Of a stretch of 28,721 bases of DNA, positions 17,201 to 23,422 are shown in pieces; position 1 is the stretch's first letter, and the number at the start of each line of letters is the position of its first letter. Both the position numbers and the translations under genes were made by a program. Under the pieces are notes generated by a model. That model was not told the DNA's origin and made no database searches. It saw only the letters and a list, made by a program, of their open reading frames with translations. This stretch comes from Pseudomonadota bacterium (GTDB taxonomy: Bacteria > UBA10199 > 2-02-FULL-44-16 > JBDRGF01), in contig JBDRGF010000032.1 in assembly GCA_043818055.1 (NCBI GenBank), positions 1 to 28,721 of the forward strand. Direction: 5' to 3'.

Positions 17201-17438
17201 TGTCAGTAAAGTGCAGAACATGCGAAAGGATGCCGATTTTAACGTCGTCGATCGCATCAGTACAGTCATCGCTTCAGATGATAAGATCTTAAATGCATTG
17301 AAAACTCATGAAGAATATTTTAAGAGTGAGACTCTCACTTCGAAGTTGGAGATGCGTGTTTTGGAAGATAAAGAATCTCCAGGTGTTGAGTGGGACATCA
17401 ACGGCCACAAGGCGTATATTTTGATTGAAGTGATGTAG
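14286..17438 (+). CDS. ileS: Isoleucine--tRNA ligase, type 2 (archaeal/eukaryote-like)
   Basis: GAGAGG RBS; FYDGPPFATGLPHYGH, GWDCHGLPVE, WTTTPWTLPSN, DWAISRNRFWG, KMSKR; type-2 C-terminus (EGNVRELVSKVQNMRK) with no C-terminal Zn finger. Confidence 0.97.
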   Translation: MFKEVKSKVSFSEMDERLLDYWDKNSTFQKSLDKTKNSKPFIFYDGPPFATGLPHYGHILAGIIKDIIPRYQTMKGKYVKRRWGWDCHGLPVEHEMEKELGFKSKKDVLEYGVDKFNEECRKIVLRYTAEWEKVIRHTGRWVDFKNQYRTMDLPYMESIWWVFRSLWDKGLIYEGEKIVPYCTRCATTLSNFEVNQGYVEITDPAITIKFQDEKDANLFYLAWTTTPWTLPSNLALAVGPDIDYLEVEDSKNHEHYVLAKQRLSAYYRSEEEYSLIREFKGAGLEGRRYVPLFDYFKDVGGSAFTIVLADYVSIDDGTGIVHTAPGFGEDDYQTGFKYGLPTIIPVDENGNFTSDVPDYEGVYVKAADKDIMEGLKHRNLVVKRESILHNYPHCWRCDSPLIYKGISTWFVKIDPIKERMIKSNDKINWIPDHIKSGRFGKWLEGARDWAISRNRFWGAPLPVWRCAECNETACIGSVSELEKLSGEKITDIHKHFVDKIEFDCKKCKGKMVRIPEVLDCWFESGSMPYAQEHYPFENKDIFEKQFPADFIAEGLDQTRGWFYTLTVIAAALFDSNVFKNCIVNGMVLAEDGKKMSKRLKNYPDPMYIMNTYGADAMRLSLINSPVLRGEDLRFSEHLVKDTVKNILLPLWNSYSFFVTYARVDGWKPPADIDDEIKKRKFSNELDRWILSLLQHLVNQLTESVEEYKLYKAVSPMVDFVDQLTNWYIRNSRRRFWKSDIDDDKDDAYTVLYYVLLTFSKIAAPFVPFITEEIFQNLRTDKMEESVHLETYPLPNDGKIDLTLERRMSMIEVAVKLGRALRMQNNLKVRQPLAKMHIINANEKELAIINDMAPLIMSELNVKGVEFSSDESSMVKLSAKPNFKKLGKEIGPNMKKYQAALSKLSTNDIVEIQQGKSKPVSYDGFSYEVAIDDIIICREEREGLKVLNEGRITVGLETELTDELIQEGNVRELVSKVQNMRKDADFNVVDRISTVIASDDKILNALKTHEEYFKSETLTSKLEMRVLEDKESPGVEWDINGHKAYILIEVM

Positions 17439-17455
17439 TAGATATATTGACATTC

Positions 17456-17481
17456 TGTAGGGGCGGGTTTCAAACCCGCCC
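17456..17481. repeat. Single GTAG-type REP between ileS and lspA
   Basis: TGTAGGGGCGGGTTTCAAACCCGCCC, identical to 6967-6992. Confidence 0.88.
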
Positions 17482-17506
17482 ATGAACGATTTTACATGGG
17501 GGGATC

Positions 17507-18046
17507 TTGAAGTATAAATATAAAGTTTTTTTTATCATCGTGCCTCTACTGATCATTCTCGATCAGGTTACAAAATTGCTTATCGCGAAGTATATCCCCG
17601 TCGGTGGTTCTGTTACCATCATACCAAACTTTTTTGATCTGGTTCATACCTATAACACGGGAGCCGCGTTTGGCATGTTTGCTCAGGTGGATAGCTCATT
17701 TCGTGTACCGTTTTTTTACGGCATTTCAATCTTCGTTGGAATCGCTCTGATAATCTACTTCATAAAGATGAGTGATACGGATCACCTGATGATCTGGACT
17801 ATCTCCTTCATCTATGGCGGAATGATCGGAAATCTGATCGACAGGATAAGGCTGGGGCACGTTCTCGATTTCGCCTCGGCTCATATTGGTGATAAGGTTT
17901 TTTCATTCACGCTCTTTGGAAAGGGATTTGATATCCCGCTCATATGGCCGGCTTTTAATGTAGCCGACAGCGCTATCACCGCAGCAATTTTCATGTTGCT
18001 GATCGGTTCATTTTATTATGGTTCAAAAGGAAAGGGGGATGCATGA
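17507..18046 (+). CDS. lspA: Lipoprotein signal peptidase II
   Basis: LDQVTK, NTGAAFG, GNLIDRIRLGHVLDF, WPAFNVADSAI; TTG start after GGGGG. Confidence 0.96.
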   Translation: MKYKYKVFFIIVPLLIILDQVTKLLIAKYIPVGGSVTIIPNFFDLVHTYNTGAAFGMFAQVDSSFRVPFFYGISIFVGIALIIYFIKMSDTDHLMIWTISFIYGGMIGNLIDRIRLGHVLDFASAHIGDKVFSFTLFGKGFDIPLIWPAFNVADSAITAAIFMLLIGSFYYGSKGKGDA

Positions 18047-18831
18047 GACCAGTCCTATTTCACCTTGGTTCACTGGATGTGCCTAGCTTCTTTCTCGCTG
18101 TGACAGTGGGCGCGCTTTTGGCAACCTTCTTTGGGGCAAGGGTCGCAAGAAAAGAGGGGGCGGATGAAATTGCTATGCTCGATTTCGGCATCATCGCGAT
18201 AATCGCAGGGGTTATAGGGGCGAGGATCTTTCATATCATGGTCGAGGAGCCGATGTACTATATCGATAAACCTATCAGGGTATTCTACTTCTGGCAGGGA
18301 GGCTTTGTATCGCTCGGCGCTTACATCGCAAGCTTGACCGGCTGGCTCATATATATGAAGGTCAAAGGGCTTGAGAAGTGGCGTTATCTCGATATAGCAG
18401 TGACTGCTGTCCCGATCATAATTTTTTTTGTGAGAATCGGTTGTCTGTTGGCTGGATGCTGTTGGGGAAAACCGTGCGATCTTCCGTGGGCGATAACTTT
18501 TCACAATGCATCTTCAGTAGTATATTCGAAAGTGAACAATCTCCCAGTACATCCAACTCAAGTTTATAACATGATTAACGCGCTCATCATGTGGGGTGTT
18601 GTGTGGTTCTCCTATAAACATCGCAAGTTTTACGGTCAGGTGCTCTGTACCTTTTTTATCTATTATGGCATAACGAGGTTTTTTATAGAATTCTTGAGAG
18701 GCGATGCTGACAGGGGGCTCTATTTCAACAATATGGTATCGACAGGGCAGATAGTGATGATTCTTTCCTTTTTGACCGGCATTGTTTTGTGGCTAATACT
18801 CAGAAAGAAAGAGAAAATATTTGTCTTATGA
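18043..18831 (+). CDS. lgt: Prolipoprotein diacylglyceryl transferase family protein (copy 2, divergent)
   Basis: GARIFHI, WQGGFVSLGA, RIGCLLAGCCWG, HPTQVY, RFFIEFLRGD; ATGA overlap with lspA. Confidence 0.88.
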   Translation: MRPVLFHLGSLDVPSFFLAVTVGALLATFFGARVARKEGADEIAMLDFGIIAIIAGVIGARIFHIMVEEPMYYIDKPIRVFYFWQGGFVSLGAYIASLTGWLIYMKVKGLEKWRYLDIAVTAVPIIIFFVRIGCLLAGCCWGKPCDLPWAITFHNASSVVYSKVNNLPVHPTQVYNMINALIMWGVVWFSYKHRKFYGQVLCTFFIYYGITRFFIEFLRGDADRGLYFNNMVSTGQIVMILSFLTGIVLWLILRKKEKIFVL

Positions 18832-19487
18832 AAAAAAGAACTTTTCTTGAGCTTTTTGTTGCAACATCGATTGTCATCCTATTTGTTAGGTTGCTCGTTC
18901 TCCTGAGCCCTGCGTGGCTCAATGTTTATGTTCAGCTGATTGTCGCAATACTTCTTATCTACACCCCTGTCGTTTTAAGCTGGAGGGACAAATCGAAGCT
19001 CGTGCTGGCCGACAGAAATATGATAGCATTCGTTCGGTCGTTAAAGATATTTGTGATAACGAGTCTGATCGTCTTTCCGGCATTTTTCTTATTAGCTCAC
19101 CTCTGGGAGATAGTTGTTCTGAAATCTTCCCGCTTTGTATTTGCCGGCTTTCCCGATTTCTGGGTGGCATTAGCTAATCAGATATTATTGATAGCCCTGC
19201 CTGAGGAGGTCTTCTTTCGTGGATACTTTCAGACTTGCCTGAATAAAGTGTGTTCGGTTAGATGGAGAATCCTTGGGGTCGATCTCGGGTGGAGCTGGAT
19301 TATAACAGCTATCGTTTTTGCAACTGCCCACTCGATGATCACATATCAATGGTGGCATTTTTCGATCTTCTTCCCAGCGCTTCTATTTGGCTATCTTCGG
19401 GAACGGTGCGGTTCCCTAACGGCCCCGATTCTCTTTCATGCAGCTTCTAATATGTTTATGATCTGGTTTAGTAGATGTTATGGATAG
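18828..19487 (+). CDS. CPBP-family (Rce1/Abi) glutamic intramembrane protease, myxosortase (MrtC/MrtJ)-like
   Basis: ALPEEVFFRGYFQ, FATAH, FFPALLFGYLRERCGSL, FHAASN; ATGA overlap with lgt copy 2. The family call is firm; the subfamily call is from recollected similarity. Confidence 0.85.
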   Translation: MKKRTFLELFVATSIVILFVRLLVLLSPAWLNVYVQLIVAILLIYTPVVLSWRDKSKLVLADRNMIAFVRSLKIFVITSLIVFPAFFLLAHLWEIVVLKSSRFVFAGFPDFWVALANQILLIALPEEVFFRGYFQTCLNKVCSVRWRILGVDLGWSWIITAIVFATAHSMITYQWWHFSIFFPALLFGYLRERCGSLTAPILFHAASNMFMIWFSRCYG

Positions 19488-19567
19488 CTGGCAAGCTATA
19501 AGCTGTAAGCTGTAAGAAAAAGCAAACCTTTGTTCCCAAAACTCATTAGTTAAAACTTACAACTTAT

Positions 19568-19724
19568 GGGCACCTCTAAAAACCTCCAGTTTGTCATCGC
19601 GAGCCTCCTGAATGGAGGCGTGGCGATCTCGGGGTAATGCTTATAAACCCTGGATTGCCACGTCGCCCTATGGGCTTCTCGCAATGACACCATAGGGGAA
19701 AGTTAGAGGTTTTTAGAGGTGCCC
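19568..19724. mobile_element. 157-bp MITE with 19-bp TIRs and 4-bp target duplication
   Basis: GGGCACCTCTAAAAACCTC (19568-19586) / GAGGTTTTTAGAGGTGCCC (19706-19724); TTAT on both sides (19564-19567, 19725-19728). Confidence 0.85.
19593..19688. repeat. GTCAT..CTCGCAATGAC palindromic element (RPE-like) nested in the MITE
   Basis: GTCATCGCGAG...CGTGGCGATC...GATTGCCACG...CTCGCAATGAC folds into a multibranched structure. Confidence 0.75.
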
Positions 19725-19731
19725 TTATAGC

Positions 19732-20541
19732 TTAAAGCTTATTAATCATTCTTCTCATCAGAGATCTCAAAGTTGTCTTTTCTTTTTGTAACGCCACAAC
19801 AAGGATTTCCTTCATATCGAAGCTATATCTCTTTTGCATTTTTCTAAGGGAGGTGAGGGCGTAGAATCTGACCCACTTGCTTTTATCATTCAATAAAATC
19901 TTCTTCAGAGTTTCTATTGAGGCTTCCTTTATTGTTGGAAGAGTTGCTGCTAATTTAAGTTTCACCGTTTCATTTTTGTCTTTTGTGTGCTGGTATAAAA
20001 CAACTGCGAGTGAGCGTCTTGCATTATAGGACTGCTGGATGTTGAGGTTGATCAACGTATTGACGAGGGCTAGCTGGACAGTTGATGAAGGCTCTTTTTT
20101 AAGTAGTGCTATAAGGTGTGGGGTATTTGATTGCGCATTTGTTCCTATCAATCCGATAGCATCGATGGAAAGCTTGCGCATTATTCTAGAATGATTGCAT
20201 AGGATGTTCAAAAGTTCAGGGATGGCCGCAACACCGATTTTTGCAAATGCTTTTACAGCGGCTCTTCTTTCATCCCACGATCCCTTCAACATAATCATTT
20301 TTAATGAAGGAATAGCGCATTTTGCGCCTTTTCCGAGTGTTCCAAGGTTGTAAATAGCATCTAGCCTCGAACTGGGATTGTGGGAGGTAATATTTTGGGA
20401 GTAACTCTTTGCTCTTCCTTCACATCTTGAATTTTGAACCCCGGATGATTTTATGATTACTGGAATTGTTTGTGCTTTAGTGCTCGGTGTCACTGCATCA
20501 GCAGCTGTGGAATTCCTAATATTACAAGAAAACTCGGCCAT
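19732..20541 (-). CDS. HEAT-repeat protein
   Basis: Repeats such as RLDAIYNLGTLG...AIPSL, RRAAVKAFAKIG..AIPELL, LLNDKSKWVRFYALTSL. Confidence 0.8.
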   Translation of the reverse strand: MAEFSCNIRNSTAADAVTPSTKAQTIPVIIKSSGVQNSRCEGRAKSYSQNITSHNPSSRLDAIYNLGTLGKGAKCAIPSLKMIMLKGSWDERRAAVKAFAKIGVAAIPELLNILCNHSRIMRKLSIDAIGLIGTNAQSNTPHLIALLKKEPSSTVQLALVNTLINLNIQQSYNARRSLAVVLYQHTKDKNETVKLKLAATLPTIKEASIETLKKILLNDKSKWVRFYALTSLRKMQKRYSFDMKEILVVALQKEKTTLRSLMRRMINKL

Positions 20542-20603
20542 AGTTTATCCCCGAGGTTTGAAAAACGTACCAAATTTTAGTTAATCAATAAGGCGATTCC
20601 GGA

Positions 20604-21554
20604 TTATGCATCCTGGAACAGCCAAGTGGATAGATACCGCTCTCCGGTATCCGGCAAAATGACAACAATCAGCTTGTCCTTATTCTCTTTTTTTTCGGCG
20701 ATGTCAAGAGCAGCCTTGACGGCGGCGCCGCATGAGATCCCAGCGAGAATGCCTTCCTCTTTTGCAAGCCTTCTTGATGTGGCACCTGCCTCTTCACTCT
20801 TAACCCGTACGATCTCATCTATAACGCTGCGGTTTAAGATTTCCGGCACGAAACCGGCTCCTATTCCCTGAATCTTGTGGGGCCCCGGCTTTTCGCCCGA
20901 TATGACTGCAGATTCATCAGGTTCTACAGCAATAATCTTCACCTTCGGGTTTAATTTCTTTAAGACCTCTCCGCATCCGGTGATCGTGCCACCTGTTCCA
21001 ATTCCCGCTACAAAGATATCGACCTTGCCATCCGTATCCTCCCAGATTTCAATCGCGGTCGTCTTTCTATGGATCTCAGGGTTGGCCGGATTTTTAAACT
21101 GTTGGGGCATGAAGTAATTCTTATGATCTTTAGCTAGTTCTTCAGCCTTTTCGATCGCACCCTTCATCCCTTTCTCGCCGGGGGTGAGAATCAGTTCCGC
21201 TCCGAATATTTTGAGGAGCTTTCGTCTCTCAATGCTCATAGTGTCGGGCATCGTGAGGATGAGTTTATATCCTTTGACAGCGGATGTGAATGCGAGAGCG
21301 ATGCCTGTGTTGCCGCTGGTAGGTTCAACTATCGTCATCCCTTTTTTAAGCTTTCCACTTTTTTCTGCATCCTCGATCATGGCCACGCCAATTCTATCCT
21401 TTACGCTGAAGAGGGGATTTGATGATTCAAGTTTTGCAACTATTTTCCCCGGCAGCCCTTTAGCAATCCTGTCAAGCCTGACAAGCGGTGTATTGCCGAT
21501 GAGCTCAGTCATATCATTTGATACCTTAGGTCGTTTAACTCTTGTAATTTTCAT
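20604..21554 (-). CDS. cysK: Cysteine synthase A (O-acetylserine sulfhydrylase)
   Basis: [16 protein letters not shown] (PLP Lys), [33 protein letters not shown]. Confidence 0.97.
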   Translation of the reverse strand: MKITRVKRPKVSNDMTELIGNTPLVRLDRIAKGLPGKIVAKLESSNPLFSVKDRIGVAMIEDAEKSGKLKKGMTIVEPTSGNTGIALAFTSAVKGYKLILTMPDTMSIERRKLLKIFGAELILTPGEKGMKGAIEKAEELAKDHKNYFMPQQFKNPANPEIHRKTTAIEIWEDTDGKVDIFVAGIGTGGTITGCGEVLKKLNPKVKIIAVEPDESAVISGEKPGPHKIQGIGAGFVPEILNRSVIDEIVRVKSEEAGATSRRLAKEEGILAGISCGAAVKAALDIAEKKENKDKLIVVILPDTGERYLSTWLFQDA

Positions 21555-21575
21555 AGTTGCTCCATAATCTTAAAG

Positions 21576-21641
21576 GCGCATGTGGCATGTAGTATGTAGT
21601 AAAAAACCATGATGATGCCTTTGCCTATATGCTACATGCGC
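21576..21641. repeat. Second CATGTAG-phased inverted-repeat element, inverted relative to 12711-12822
   Basis: GCGCATGTGGCATGTAGTATGTAG ... CTATATGCTACATGCGC between cysE and cysK. Confidence 0.85.
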
Positions 21642-21649
21642 TTTTGCTT

Positions 21650-22567
21650 TTAAATCCCTGCCCCTTCCACAAAATGCATCTCTTCCGCAGCGCTCTGTAA
21701 AATTTTGTTTCCAGCTTCTACATCGTGTATCAGCCAGACATTGCCGCCTATCACTGCTCCTTTGCCGATCTTGATTCTTCCAAGGAGTGTTGCGCCTGAA
21801 TATATGATGACATCATCTTCGATGATCGGGTGCCGGGCTATTCCTTTGATCAGTCTGCCATTTTCATCGAGCGGAAAGCTCTTTGCACCAAGCGTCACCC
21901 CCTGATATACGCGCACATTTTTGCCGATGATCGTCGTCTCGCCGATGACGATACCTGTTCCGTGATCCATGAAGAAACATTCATCGATTGTTGCACCCGG
22001 GTGGATATCGATCCCTGTTTCAGAATGGGCTATCTCAGTGAGAATTCGGGGGATGAGCGGTACCTCTAGTTTATACAATTCATGTGCGACACGGTAGTTG
22101 GTGAGAGCTTTTATGCTGGGATAGCAAAATATCGTCTCGCCAGTGCTTTTTGCGGCTGGGTCGCCTACGTAGGCCGCCCTGATATCGGAGCATAGAAAGC
22201 TTCTGATCTTTGGAAGGGCGTTCAAAAGTGAAAGTGTGATCTCGTCAGCCTTTTTCTCACACAACACACAGTTCGCATCATCTCCTTCGGCGCATGAGAA
22301 ACAGAAACCCCGTTTAATTTGTTCGGCCAATAATCGTGACAGTTCGTCGAGTGCCGCTCCTGTATAGTATTTCATCGTATCTGGCTTTAAATCATCCGCT
22401 CCGAAATATCCGGGAAATATGATCATCCTTAAGTGATCTATGATCTTGTGAAGTTCGTTTATTGAGGGCATTGGTACATCGTGCGTGCTCCTGTGAAAGA
22501 CCTCTTTGTAAGATTTAGCTTCGCATAATTTGTCTACGATATTTGTCAGATCATTCTTTTTGGCCAT
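21650..22567 (-). CDS. cysE: Serine O-acetyltransferase (EpsC-type)
   Basis: Start MAKK after GGGGGAGA; IFPGYF, GDPAA, TGIDIHPGA, MDHGTGIVIGET, YQGVTLGA, RHP; ends EGAGI. Confidence 0.93.
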   Translation of the reverse strand: MAKKNDLTNIVDKLCEAKSYKEVFHRSTHDVPMPSINELHKIIDHLRMIIFPGYFGADDLKPDTMKYYTGAALDELSRLLAEQIKRGFCFSCAEGDDANCVLCEKKADEITLSLLNALPKIRSFLCSDIRAAYVGDPAAKSTGETIFCYPSIKALTNYRVAHELYKLEVPLIPRILTEIAHSETGIDIHPGATIDECFFMDHGTGIVIGETTIIGKNVRVYQGVTLGAKSFPLDENGRLIKGIARHPIIEDDVIIYSGATLLGRIKIGKGAVIGGNVWLIHDVEAGNKILQSAAEEMHFVEGAGI

Positions 22568-23201
22568 TTTCTCTCCCCCTGTAGAAATCACAATATGAAG
22601 AAATTTCACAGCGATTGCAATGGGGATTTCGGGCTAAACACACCCTCCGTCCATGATAGATCAGCCAGAAATGGGCTTTACCCAGATCCTTTTCCGGAAT
22701 TATTTTAATCAATTGCTCCTCTGTCGCCTCAGGTGTCTTAGCCTTTGCCAGTCCGATCCTGTTTGTGACCCTGAATACGTGTGTATCTACCGGCATCGCA
22801 GGTTGACCAAAAGACTTAATCAGAACGACATTAGCCGTCTTTCTCCCCACGCCGGGAAGGGTAATCATATCCTCTCTAGTCTGTGGAACTTCTCCCGCGA
22901 AGCGTTCTTTGATGGCATTGGCTGCTGCGATAATATTTTTAGCCTTGTTCTTATAAAGCCCGACCGATTTGATGATCTTTTCCACATCCTTTTGTTTTGC
23001 CTTTGCGAGTTTATCGGGGTTAGGAAATTTTTTCAAAAAATCCGGCATCACTTTATCCACTTGCGCATCAGTCGATTGCGCAGAGAGTATAGTTGCAATA
23101 ATGGTGGGGAAGGGGTGCGATTTTTTGCCAAATTTAGAGAGATCCTTCGCGTAGGTCTTTTTCAGTACTTCAAGCACCTTTTGGACATCTATTCTTTGCA
23201 T
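22551..23201 (-). CDS. nth: Endonuclease III
   Basis: LSAQSTD, LPGVGRKTANVVL (HhH), VDTHVFR, 4Fe-4S motif CLARNPHCNRCEISSYC. Confidence 0.95.
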   Translation of the reverse strand: MQRIDVQKVLEVLKKTYAKDLSKFGKKSHPFPTIIATILSAQSTDAQVDKVMPDFLKKFPNPDKLAKAKQKDVEKIIKSVGLYKNKAKNIIAAANAIKERFAGEVPQTREDMITLPGVGRKTANVVLIKSFGQPAMPVDTHVFRVTNRIGLAKAKTPEATEEQLIKIIPEKDLGKAHFWLIYHGRRVCLARNPHCNRCEISSYCDFYRGRENGQKE

Positions 23202-23422
23202 AGGAGTCTATTATTAAGCGGTTGATGTGAAAAATTCAAGCGAGTTATGAATTATTGTAAAGGTATAAAGTTTTAAATTTGTATGTTAACTCTCTTGATT
23301 ATTGGATTTTTACTTTATTGATAAAGTACATTTAATGGCAATATATGGGAGCACACAAAAGAGTTGCCACCAAAGGCTTTTTTGTCCTATAGCAATACTT
23401 TCACAAACGCTTTTGGGGAGAC

